Below are positions 39,303-48,363 of a DNA stretch of 64,000 nucleotides, one piece after another. The stretch comes from Dehalococcoidia bacterium (GTDB taxonomy: Bacteria > Chloroflexota > Dehalococcoidia > Bin125), in NCBI GenBank assembly GCA_963663185.1, contig OY760135.1, positions 1,587,170 to 1,651,169 of the forward strand, given 5' to 3'. The notes beneath the pieces are model-generated. The model was not told where the DNA came from, did not search any database, and saw only the letters and a program-made list of their open reading frames with translations. Positions within the stretch are counted from its first letter, which is position 1. Each line of letters opens with the position of its first letter. A program made the position numbers and the translations under genes.

Positions 39303-39408
39303 GCTTCGACGTCACCCAGCCTGTCTCATCCCATAATCTAGGTCGCACATCGCCAGACCATCATGCTACCCAAAACCTTGTACCTCGCCAGTCGCCGCTC
39401 GCGGTCAC

Positions 39409-40407
39409 TTATCCAACCAGGCAAGACAACAACAAGTCTTCGTACGTACTCACAGCCTGCCGCGCAATTTCATTGTCGCCAAAGCGAAATCCATCCGTCA
39501 AGTGACTTCCATCATTTCTTGATATCCACAACCGCCTCATCTCTTCCGACCACAGCTCCAACAGCCTCAACATCGGTTGCTCAGCCTGCAGTACACTAGG
39601 CCCGCACTGCTCATGGCGCACAATAACAGATGCTCCGCTAAACGCCTTTATCTGTGTTTGAGCAATACTCACAGCCAACAACAGCTTCGACGTCCCATCC
39701 TTATCATTACTTGAATTCCCAGTGCTTCCATAACAGGCCGTCACTAAGCAACTCTCCAACAGACTCCGCTTAATCAAGTGCAACTCAATCAACAACCTCC
39801 CTTCCCCACTACGCGAGGAATAAAGCGCATTGGAGTTTGTTCGTTCACCAGGTAACGACCACAACGCTCGATACATTGCATCTATCGCACCGTGAACATC
39901 ATTGCTACAGCGAAGCCCATCCAATACTGGATATTCAGATACTGCGACCGATAGGCAGTGATCGAAATCGCGCAACTGTTGCAATAGAGCAGTGCTAGCC
40001 CTGTACAGCCGGTCTTCGCTATTCTCCTCTCCAAGCAATTGGCCGCGCCACCCTTGCAGCATCTGAATCAACACACCAACTCGGAATTGTGATGCTTCGA
40101 GGGTACCCACGGCCCCACTGCGCAAGGCCTCCGCGTGATTGTCGTTGAAATATTCTTTGAGAAGCAGGGATGCCGAATCATACGCAAGTTCAATGTCAGC
40201 CATTAACACAACGATGCGCAATACCTCTGCATCAAATGGAATCTCTTCAGGCCGCAACTCCCTGCGCCCTCCATCCGATGTCACCGAATCCGGCGACTCC
40301 AAGCTTTGAGATCCGGATCCCGGGATCGGATCATGGCAACCGGTGAACAAGACCATGCTCAGGAACACCGCCAACCATGGGAGCACGACCCGCAACGGCA
40401 TCCGCAT
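39409..40407 (-). CDS. Hypothetical lipoprotein (cassette B partner)
   Basis: Lipobox VLFTGC; lower GC than flanks. Confidence 0.7.
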   Translation of the reverse strand: MRMPLRVVLPWLAVFLSMVLFTGCHDPIPGSGSQSLESPDSVTSDGGRRELRPEEIPFDAEVLRIVVLMADIELAYDSASLLLKEYFNDNHAEALRSGAVGTLEASQFRVGVLIQMLQGWRGQLLGEENSEDRLYRASTALLQQLRDFDHCLSVAVSEYPVLDGLRCSNDVHGAIDAMYRALWSLPGERTNSNALYSSRSGEGRLLIELHLIKRSLLESCLVTACYGSTGNSSNDKDGTSKLLLAVSIAQTQIKAFSGASVIVRHEQCGPSVLQAEQPMLRLLELWSEEMRRLWISRNDGSHLTDGFRFGDNEIARQAVSTYEDLLLSCLVG

Positions 40408-40448
40408 GCAACAGACCTTGCTGCCTCAACACCACGCTCCCCAAGATG

Positions 40449-41279
40449 CTAGCAGTGCCCGCACGGTGTAGGACCGTCCAGATCGGAGTAGCGATCACTT
40501 TCGGGTTCAACCACCAGTATGAAGTTGGGTAAATCGACTAAGCGTTTGGCGTCGGCCCACCTGACTTGAACCGCTTGATGCTCAGGTTCGAAGTCGAAGC
40601 GGCCATGGTGGTCTAGCTGCACGGATATCCGTTCTGTTCCACGATACTGGACCCAGACTAAGTCCGCTGCAGATGGCTCTGGGCCGAACGTGAAGGCTAG
40701 ATCGCCCGTGTCGACCTGTTGGTTGTGGTACAGGTCGCAATTCTTCGTCGCCCAACCAGGCGCATCCATATGCAGATGTTCACCAAAGTATCGCCAACTG
40801 CACAAGTCTCGGTTGTTCGGCTGTTGGGGTGAAACTTGACTCAGTGAGATAGTCGTTGCGGACAACGGCGCAACTGAACCAACCCTCGGCCAGACTCCAG
40901 TGCGAAGATTACGCGGATTTGAGCTGTCGAAATCCATATGCGCGTAGCGAACCACAGGATCACTTGCGGATATCGGGAGAGCGATCGTTGGTTGAGTGGG
41001 GCTTGCCATAGCCACGGCCGCACAGTCATTGAGTCTCATTGCCCACAGTGAGACTGACGAAAGCGACGGATTGACACCCGAAATGTATGTTGGATCACCG
41101 GACGTGGCGCCAATGTCCAATCCCATACAGCTTCGTTGACAGTGTTCGCCTTCGCCGTCGCAGAACGAATTGTGCCAAGGGGAAGCCTGCCCCGTCGGAG
41201 TACATCCGCAACCATTCTGGCTACTGGAGATATGGGCCGACGCCCCTATTCGCCACTCGAAAGTGAGAACGTGTTCCAT
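40449..41279 (-). CDS. Divergent LasA/M23-like Zn metallopeptidase, copy B, with fused C-terminal small domain
   Basis: H36...D55(LDIG), RYAHMD (H114), GEHLHMD (H168/H170); AGAGG RBS; no signal peptide; Cys-rich. Confidence 0.75.
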   Translation of the reverse strand: MEHVLTFEWRIGASAHISSSQNGCGCTPTGQASPWHNSFCDGEGEHCQRSCMGLDIGATSGDPTYISGVNPSLSSVSLWAMRLNDCAAVAMASPTQPTIALPISASDPVVRYAHMDFDSSNPRNLRTGVWPRVGSVAPLSATTISLSQVSPQQPNNRDLCSWRYFGEHLHMDAPGWATKNCDLYHNQQVDTGDLAFTFGPEPSAADLVWVQYRGTERISVQLDHHGRFDFEPEHQAVQVRWADAKRLVDLPNFILVVEPESDRYSDLDGPTPCGHC

Positions 41280-41336
41280 ATGATTCCTCTTCTACAGGAT
41301 GCGGTTGTTTTCCTGACGGTATGCAGGTCGGGTCCT

Positions 41337-42518
41337 TTAGCTGCGCGGCAGGCCCAGGCCGCGCGTGGCGATGATGTTTCGCTGGATCTCGTTGGTGCCG
41401 GAGTAGATCGTGCTGGGCACGGAGAGCAGATACTGCTCGGGCATGTCTCCGGACCAGGGGGCGGTCGGCTCCTCGGGGATCAGCTGACCTGAGAGGCCGA
41501 ACATCTTGATCCCGTAGTTGTAGATCTTCTGGCCCAGCTCGGACTGGAAGATCTTGATCACCGATGCCTCGTAGTTGGGCACGTTGCCGGTCGCCTGGAT
41601 ATGGCCGATGCGGTAGCCGAGATACTTGGCGACGTTGTTGGCGACGACGAGGTCGGCGAGACCGAGTCGGTAGCGGTCGCGCTCGTCGGCCGAGCCGTTC
41701 TGCAGTTCCTCAGTCAGGCCCTCGAGTGTGCGGCGCTGACCGGCGGTTGTGCCGATGCCGGAGCGCTCGAAGTCGAGCAGGGTCATCCCGACGTACCAGC
41801 CGCGATTTTCCTCGCCGATGCGGTTCTTGACCGGGACGCGGACATCCTCGAAGAAGACCTCGTTGAAGTGGTGTCGGCCAGCCATGTTGACCAGCGGTTG
41901 CACCGAAAGTCCGGGTGTGTTCTTGATGTCATCGATCAGGAGGAAGGAGATGCCGCGATGCTTGGGCGCGTCCGGGTCGGTGCGGACGAGGCAGAACATC
42001 TGGTTCGCGCGGTGACCGCCGGAGGTCCAGATCTTCTGGCCGTTGATGATGTAGTCGTCGCCATCGCGGACGGCGCGCGTCTGCAGCGAGGCGAGGTCGG
42101 AGCCGGAGCCGGGCTCCGAGTAGCCCTGACACCAGATGTGCTCACCTGATGTGATCTTGGGCAGGTAATCGGCCTTCTGCTCGTCGGAGCCGTGGATGAT
42201 CAGGGTCGGGCCGATCATGCCGACGCCGAAGCCGCGCGTACCGGTGTCGGGCGCGCCGTGATAGCCGAATTCCTCGTTGAAGACGATCTGCTCATAGATC
42301 GACGCGCCGAGACCGCCGTACTCCTTCGGCCAGGCCGGAGCGATCCAGCCGCGGTCGGCGAGCTTGCGGTTGAAGTCAAGCGCGTTGTCGAAGTCTTCGT
42401 CGTTCTCGCGGGCGCCGCCGGGGCCTTCGCTGGAGGCGGGTTCGGGGATGTGGTCCAGCAAAAAGCTGCGGACCTCGCCGCGCAGGGTTTCTTCGGTTTC
42501 TGAGAATCGGAGTTCCAT
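41337..42518 (-). CDS. Acyl-CoA dehydrogenase family protein
   Basis: CQGYSEPGSGSDLASL, INGQKIWTSG, IYSGTNEIQRNIIA. Confidence 0.95.
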   Translation of the reverse strand: MELRFSETEETLRGEVRSFLLDHIPEPASSEGPGGARENDEDFDNALDFNRKLADRGWIAPAWPKEYGGLGASIYEQIVFNEEFGYHGAPDTGTRGFGVGMIGPTLIIHGSDEQKADYLPKITSGEHIWCQGYSEPGSGSDLASLQTRAVRDGDDYIINGQKIWTSGGHRANQMFCLVRTDPDAPKHRGISFLLIDDIKNTPGLSVQPLVNMAGRHHFNEVFFEDVRVPVKNRIGEENRGWYVGMTLLDFERSGIGTTAGQRRTLEGLTEELQNGSADERDRYRLGLADLVVANNVAKYLGYRIGHIQATGNVPNYEASVIKIFQSELGQKIYNYGIKMFGLSGQLIPEEPTAPWSGDMPEQYLLSVPSTIYSGTNEIQRNIIATRGLGLPRS

Positions 42519-42567
42519 CAGTCGTACCTCGCTAACTCGCTGATCGGTCTGGGGCTGCCTGAATCTG

Positions 42568-42642
42568 TGGAGCGGGAGACGGGATTCGAACCCGCGACCC
42601 TCTGCTTGGGAAGCAGATGCTCTACCACTGAGCTACTCCCGC
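42568..42642 (-). tRNA. tRNA-Gly (CCC)
   Basis: GCGGGAGTAGCTCAGTGGTAGAGCATCTGCTTCCCAAGCAGAGGGTCGCGGGTTCGAATCCCGTCTCCCGCTCCA; cloverleaf with encoded CCA. Confidence 0.97.
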
Positions 42643-42703
42643 AGGATGACGCGCGCCATGTTGATGAAATGGTCACACGTACCTGCATCGTACACGCCCA
42701 CGC

Positions 42704-43519
42704 TCATGGACGCGCCGCCATGCTTTGCAGCAACGCTGCGCCCATCGCCGCCAGCAGCAGGATGCCGCCGCCGGCGATCCCGATGATGGCCGCGTCCCGG
42801 ATCGCGAGTGAGATCGCGTCCGCTCCGATCAGCCAGAGGTCTGTCGTGAACTCGTCCGATGTGAGATCGGCGCGACGCTCGAATTCGGATTGCAGCCATG
42901 AGGTAGTGAGCCAGGTCGCCGCTGCGGCGAGCGCTACGGCGAGCGTCGGCATCGCGATGCGCGCCAGCCCTCGCGCCTGCGAGGCGGTAGCGATCAGCAG
43001 CAGCCCGGCGAGCACGCCGCTGATCAGCAGCGCGACGGCTGCTACTTGCCGGCCGCCGTCGGTGAGGCGGCCGATCGTGCCGTCGAAGGCGGAAGCGCGT
43101 GAGATCAGTCGGAACTGCTGCGGTGAGTCGGCGATCGTCGAGAAGCCGTCGTCGTAGATCAGCGCGGCAGAAGCGAGCGCGATCGAGTCGCTGACTCGCT
43201 CTGGTCCTTCCAACAGCGCAGACGGGTCCAGCTGCAGCGGCAGTGGATAGCCCTCGAGCGGGATCGGCTCATCGTTGGCCGCCAGAGACTCCAACTGCGG
43301 CCAGGATTGACTGACATACTGGTCAATCTCCAACAGTGAACGGACGACGCGATTGAGGAAGGCCTGCGCCGTTGACCGCTCGGTCAACTGGGTCGCCGCA
43401 TACGACAGGATCGCCGCGCTCGATGCCACGATGGCGCAGCTCATGGCGAGGAGCAGGACGAGTCGGTTCCAGCGGCGTTCGCGTGATTGGGCGCGCCGAG
43501 CTGGCGATCGATGGCTCAC
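42704..43519 (-). CDS. Hypothetical multi-pass membrane protein
   Basis: Several hydrophobic segments; GTG start overlapping the stop of the upstream gene. Confidence 0.65.
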   Translation of the reverse strand: MSHRSPARRAQSRERRWNRLVLLLAMSCAIVASSAAILSYAATQLTERSTAQAFLNRVVRSLLEIDQYVSQSWPQLESLAANDEPIPLEGYPLPLQLDPSALLEGPERVSDSIALASAALIYDDGFSTIADSPQQFRLISRASAFDGTIGRLTDGGRQVAAVALLISGVLAGLLLIATASQARGLARIAMPTLAVALAAAATWLTTSWLQSEFERRADLTSDEFTTDLWLIGADAISLAIRDAAIIGIAGGGILLLAAMGAALLQSMAARP

Positions 43520-43962
43520 GATGGCGCGGACTCGATCAGCAGCGAGCCTGAGAGCAGCTCCGGCAGGCTGCGTCCCTGTGGGTCGATCCAGGGCAACCAC
43601 AATCCGATGCCCAGGATCAGCAGGGAGGGCCACCAGACCAGGCTGCGGATGACGAAGGTTCGTTTGCCGGCTTGCAGCTCTCGCAGTCCGAGGGCTCGAG
43701 CGCCGATGGTCCGCGCGCCCAGTCCGGCGTACCAGGACGAGAGAGGAAACCAGGACAGCGCGATTGCGTAGCCCACGCTCCACTCGCCAGGGGAGGGGTC
43801 GCGCAGGAGCGGATCGACCTGCAACAGCATGGCGAGCAGCGCCACCCCAAGACAGCCGCCGCCGAGCAACCCAATCATGAGGAAATCGATCGCGGCCGCG
43901 AGCGAGCGAGCCTCACGACGGACGACAGGAATCAACACAGGCTCAGACGCTGGGCGGGCCAT
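43516..43962 (-). CDS. RDD-family-like membrane protein
   Basis: RSLAAAIDFLMI...RTIGARALGLR...FVIRSLVW. Confidence 0.6.
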   Translation of the reverse strand: MARPASEPVLIPVVRREARSLAAAIDFLMIGLLGGGCLGVALLAMLLQVDPLLRDPSPGEWSVGYAIALSWFPLSSWYAGLGARTIGARALGLRELQAGKRTFVIRSLVWWPSLLILGIGLWLPWIDPQGRSLPELLSGSLLIESAPS

Positions 43963-43990
43963 CAACGGGGATGATCGTAGCATCGATTGC

Positions 43991-45151
43991 ATGACTGGTC
44001 GCAGCAAGCGATTTGCCGACTCCGTTGCGTTGGGCGCCATCCTGTTCGGCGTGATCGCGGCGGTGGTGATTGGTGTTCTGGCAGCGTTGGTGTTGCGGGC
44101 GCCGCCAGCAGACGGTCTGGATGCCACTGTTGCCGATGCAACGCAGACACACCGCTTCTCGCTGTTGGGCTATGAGCTGACCCATCTGCCGAATCGCTGG
44201 TTGACTGGCGCCGCGGCGTGGTTCAGCGACCCCGCGCCAAACGAAGCGGCGATTCTGGATCAGTGGTTTGCGGGCAACGAAGACGGCGATCGCAAGGCAG
44301 TGGAGCGATTGTTGGAGCGGCGCTTGAGTGAGGCCATCGTCGGGCTGGAGTTGGATACGTCGTTACCGCTGTTCGGCAGCGTGCGCACGGTTTGGCCGCC
44401 GGTTGACATGGATTTGTCGGAGCCGTTGCGAGTCTTAGCCGTGTCGCCGCGTGACGAGGTGCGTCTGGAGCAAACGGTGCTGTTGGCGGCCGGGTTGTCG
44501 AACAGCGAGGTCGCGGAGATAGAAGCGGCGATTGAATCGGACGGACAGTGGTCGGCCTGGGTGCAGACGGTGGGCGGCGTGGCACTATATCCGGCCTTCA
44601 TCGTTGAGGGCCGTAACTTCCAATCGACGCTGGCGGTGATGGGTCATGAGTGGGTGCATCACTATCTCGGCTTTCATCCGTTGGGGTTGGCGTACGGACA
44701 AGGTTCGGATATGCGCACCATCAACGAGACCGTGGCGGACATCGTAGGCGATGAGCTGGCGACCGCTGCGGTCGCCGATGAGTGGTTCGGCGCCGTTCCA
44801 GACGAGGCTGCTGGGCGCGAACGGGCCGAGATCCGAGAGACGACCGATCCGATCCTGCGGGAGCTGCGCCTGGAGGTTGATGAACTATTAGCGCGAGGCG
44901 AGGTTGAGGCGGCCGAATCACGGATGAATGCAGCGCGGATCGAGTTGACGCAGTTGGGCAGACCGTTTCGGCGCATCAACCAGGCCTTTCTCGCGTTTCG
45001 CGGCGGATATGGAGCGAGTCCGTCCTCAGCGAGCCCGTGGGGTGAGCGCCTGATCCGGTTGCGCGATTCCAGCGACTCCGTCGCCGCATTTCTCAGCCTC
45101 ATCCGCGAGGTCTCAACCTCGGACGCCGCCCTGCAGCTGACAGGCCCGTAG
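43991..45151 (+). CDS. Membrane-anchored putative Zn metallopeptidase (HExxH, gluzincin-like)
   Basis: N-terminal TM segment; GHEWVHHYL...INETVAD. Confidence 0.6.
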   Translation: MTGRSKRFADSVALGAILFGVIAAVVIGVLAALVLRAPPADGLDATVADATQTHRFSLLGYELTHLPNRWLTGAAAWFSDPAPNEAAILDQWFAGNEDGDRKAVERLLERRLSEAIVGLELDTSLPLFGSVRTVWPPVDMDLSEPLRVLAVSPRDEVRLEQTVLLAAGLSNSEVAEIEAAIESDGQWSAWVQTVGGVALYPAFIVEGRNFQSTLAVMGHEWVHHYLGFHPLGLAYGQGSDMRTINETVADIVGDELATAAVADEWFGAVPDEAAGRERAEIRETTDPILRELRLEVDELLARGEVEAAESRMNAARIELTQLGRPFRRINQAFLAFRGGYGASPSSASPWGERLIRLRDSSDSVAAFLSLIREVSTSDAALQLTGP

Positions 45152-45191
45152 ACCTTCGGCCTTAGCGTAGGCCTCAGCGTGGGCTCCACGC

Positions 45192-47996
45192 TCAGTCCTG
45201 AGGCAGAGCGACCTCGATCTCTTGCACGATCTCTCCGAGATAGCGATCGTTGACTACGAGTCGGATGCGGTAGACGCCGGCCGGTGCTTCGCTGGTGTCC
45301 CAGCGGGCGAGCACGCCGCTTGCGGGCGCCTGGTCGGCGCTGGCCAGCGTCATCGCCGGGTCGTCACCGATCCGCCGAGCGCTGAGCGTCCAACCCGTCA
45401 GCTCGGCGCTGTCAGCTCGGCCTGCGAGAATCACTTCGCCGCGCGCGATGACCGCGCCATCAATGGGAGCGTCGAGTCGGATCGGAGCTTCGGCCTCGTC
45501 AACCGTGCCAGGACGCAAGTACGCGACCCGATGCGTTCGCAACCACTCCACCACTACCGGATCCAGGCTGGAACCGCCTCGTTCCGCGATCGTGGGAGGC
45601 TCCAGCCAGACGCCGTCTTGCAAGAATGCAGGCGGCGTATCGACAGTGGCGCGCTGGAGCGTGCGTCGGTCGACCGTGACCTCGAAGCAGATCCCGTTGT
45701 CAACCGCGGGCGCGGTGCGAATGGAAGTGAAGATCTCTTCCCGCCGTGTCGCGCAGGGATTAGCGAGTTCGCTGTGTCGATTGAGTCCATCGGGCTCGGT
45801 GATCTGACTGCGATTGGCCAGGTTCACCGCTGGCGTGTACACCGCGGCGCGGTGAATGGCGCCGGGCGTCGGGAAGGCTTCCACCGCTACACCCTGGTGC
45901 GCGGCGATCATGACTCGATTCCAGATCAGTCCCGCCGTGCTCACTGACGAACCGCCGGTCATCGGCGACTCGTCGGCGTTGCCGACCCAAACGCCTATCG
46001 CCAGCTGCGGCGTATAGCCGACCGTCCAATAGTCTCTCCGCAGATCGTCCATGCCTGGATCGCCCGCCGTGCCGGTCTTGACGGCGGCGGGACGACCGAT
46101 TTGCAAGAGGCTGTCCGAGCCGTAGAGCAAGGAGCGGGCGTCGTTGTCAGAGAGGATGTCCGTGATCTGATAGACCTGCGCGGGGCTGGCGACGGCGTGG
46201 CGCTCCGGTTCGCCGCTCGCCGACCACTCGTACAACAGCCGTCCGTCCGCGTCGCGGATCTCGAGCACGGCGACCGGATCGAGACTTCGGAAGCCGAGCG
46301 GCAGGGAGATCGTGGTCGGATGACCCTTCATCTCGCCGCCGTTGGCCAATGCGGCGTAGGCGAAGGTCAGGTCCAGGAGCGAGACCTCGCCGCCGCCGAG
46401 CGTGATGGACGGTCCATACGCGCCCGGATCATGCATCGTGGTGATTCCGATCTGATGCATCGTGTCGAGCAGCGCGGAGAGCCCAAGTCGGTCCGCCGTG
46501 TTGAACGCGGGCACGTTCATCGAATTGGCGAGCGCGCTGCGGATCGTGACCGGTCCGCGAAAGACGGCGTCGAAGTTTTGCGGTTGGAACTCGGTCCCGT
46601 CCGCTTCTGTGTATGTCGTCGGCACATCCCAGAGCACCGTCGCGGGATGCCAGACGCGCGGGTCGATCTCAAAGGCGGTCAGATAGGTGAGCGGCTTCAG
46701 CGCCGATCCGGGCGAGTGCGTTGCGGTCGCCAGATTGACCTGGCCATCGATCGTCTCGTCGAAGAAGTCGCGGCTGCCGACCATCGCCAGAATCTGACCG
46801 CTGGACGGTTCAATCGCGACCAGCGATGCGTTGTGGGCGCCGGTCTCGGCTTCGAACCCGGTGATCGCCGAGCGCAGCTCGAGTTCTGCCCGTTCCTGCA
46901 GCGAGTAATCGAGCGAAGTTCGGATGCGCAGGCCGCCGTTGTTCATCAGGTTGTCGCAGCCGCCGGCGCCGATCGGCGGGACGAAGCGTCCCAGCCGGCA
47001 GAGCGCCTCGACCTCGGCCTGCACGTAGATCACGTAGTGAGGCGCCGTAATCGTGAACTCAGCCGAGTCGTAGCGCAGCGGCTCCTCCCAAGCGGCCTCG
47101 GCTTCGGCTGATGTGATGTAGCCGTGCCGCTGCATCAGATCGATCACTTGCGCCTGTCGACGCTTGGCGCCTTCCGGATTGACGAGCGGGTTGTAGAGCG
47201 ACGGCGCCTGCGGCAGTCCCGCCAGCATCGCTGACTCGGCCAGACTGAGTTCGGCCGCCGACTTGCCGAAGTAGCGTTGACTCGCCGCGCCGATGCCGTA
47301 TGAGAAGTTGCCGTAGTAGATCGAGTTCAGATACCACTCGAGGATCTGTTGCTTGCTGTACTCATTAGTCAGCTCGACGGCGAGGATGGTTTCCTTGACC
47401 TTGCCGCGCACTCGGTTCCAGGTGCGACCGCTGCGCTCTTTAGGGGGAACGAGGACGTTCTTGACGAGCTGCTGGGTGATTGAAGAACCGCCCGATCCGC
47501 CAAGGAACTCAGAGCTGCCCACGCCAAAGTTCTCCCACGCCGCGCGCAACAGTCCGCGCAGATTGATCCCTTCGTTGTTCCAGAAGGACGCGTCTTCCGT
47601 CGCCACGGTGGCGTTGATGATGTGCTCGGAGACGCGGTGCAATCGGACCGGCGCGCGCAGTCCGTCGTGCGGCCGGGCGTATTCGAAGAGCAGGACGCCG
47701 TCGGCGCCGCTGCGGTCGAAGATTCGACTGCTGCCCAGCAGCCGCTGCGTCTCTTCGATCTCGTCTGGCGGCGCGAGGTCGTTGGCGACGTCGGAGTAGA
47801 TCAGGTAAGCGCCGCCGGCGACGGCGCCAAAGAGGAGCATGGGCATACCGGCCAACAACAGCGCGATCATCCAGATGCGTGTCCGTTGAGGCTGGGCTCG
47901 ATTGCCGCGTTTGCGACGACGGCTGCGCATCGCCAGACGCGTGGCGAGCGTCAGACGACGCTGGCGATGTTTGGAGTCTGGCGGCGTCGCGCTCAT
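45192..47996 (-). CDS. Class A penicillin-binding protein (transglycosylase-transpeptidase)
   Basis: ATEDASF, GGSSITQQLVKN, ILEWYLN, SPGSALKP (SxxK), SMN, KTGT. Confidence 0.93.
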   Translation of the reverse strand: MSATPPDSKHRQRRLTLATRLAMRSRRRKRGNRAQPQRTRIWMIALLLAGMPMLLFGAVAGGAYLIYSDVANDLAPPDEIEETQRLLGSSRIFDRSGADGVLLFEYARPHDGLRAPVRLHRVSEHIINATVATEDASFWNNEGINLRGLLRAAWENFGVGSSEFLGGSGGSSITQQLVKNVLVPPKERSGRTWNRVRGKVKETILAVELTNEYSKQQILEWYLNSIYYGNFSYGIGAASQRYFGKSAAELSLAESAMLAGLPQAPSLYNPLVNPEGAKRRQAQVIDLMQRHGYITSAEAEAAWEEPLRYDSAEFTITAPHYVIYVQAEVEALCRLGRFVPPIGAGGCDNLMNNGGLRIRTSLDYSLQERAELELRSAITGFEAETGAHNASLVAIEPSSGQILAMVGSRDFFDETIDGQVNLATATHSPGSALKPLTYLTAFEIDPRVWHPATVLWDVPTTYTEADGTEFQPQNFDAVFRGPVTIRSALANSMNVPAFNTADRLGLSALLDTMHQIGITTMHDPGAYGPSITLGGGEVSLLDLTFAYAALANGGEMKGHPTTISLPLGFRSLDPVAVLEIRDADGRLLYEWSASGEPERHAVASPAQVYQITDILSDNDARSLLYGSDSLLQIGRPAAVKTGTAGDPGMDDLRRDYWTVGYTPQLAIGVWVGNADESPMTGGSSVSTAGLIWNRVMIAAHQGVAVEAFPTPGAIHRAAVYTPAVNLANRSQITEPDGLNRHSELANPCATRREEIFTSIRTAPAVDNGICFEVTVDRRTLQRATVDTPPAFLQDGVWLEPPTIAERGGSSLDPVVVEWLRTHRVAYLRPGTVDEAEAPIRLDAPIDGAVIARGEVILAGRADSAELTGWTLSARRIGDDPAMTLASADQAPASGVLARWDTSEAPAGVYRIRLVVNDRYLGEIVQEIEVALPQD

Positions 47997-48051
47997 GGCT
48001 TCACAGTACGCCGACTGCCGCGCAAGGCGAGGGGGCGATAGGCTCCATATT

Positions 48052-48363
48052 GTGACCGATTCTGACGTGACCCCATTCAGCAGCGATCAGGTGCGCCGCC
48101 TGGCGTCGCTCGTCCGTATTGAATTGACGTCTGAGGAGGTGGATGAGTTCCGCAGCGAGCTGGCGAGCATCCTGTCGCACATTGATGCGCTCGCCGCGAT
48201 CGACACCGCCGATGTGCCGCCGACCAACAATGGCGCCGATCTCCTCAACGTGCAGGCTGAGGATGTGTCGCGTCCCTCCATGACGCGCGAGGAGATGATG
48301 GCCAACGCGCCGCAGCGCGAGGGCGACTATTTTCGCGTACACGCAGTGCTCGACCAATCATGA
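48052..48363 (+). CDS. gatC: Asp/Glu-tRNA amidotransferase subunit C
   Basis: VRRLASLVRIEL...NAPQREGDYFRV; precedes gatA. Confidence 0.9.
   Translation: MTDSDVTPFSSDQVRRLASLVRIELTSEEVDEFRSELASILSHIDALAAIDTADVPPTNNGADLLNVQAEDVSRPSMTREEMMANAPQREGDYFRVHAVLDQS

Noticed and set aside
42567-43157. 196-aa ORF starting MERETGFEPATLCLG
   Set aside because: It is the antisense translation of the tRNA-Gly gene and the neighbouring CDS.
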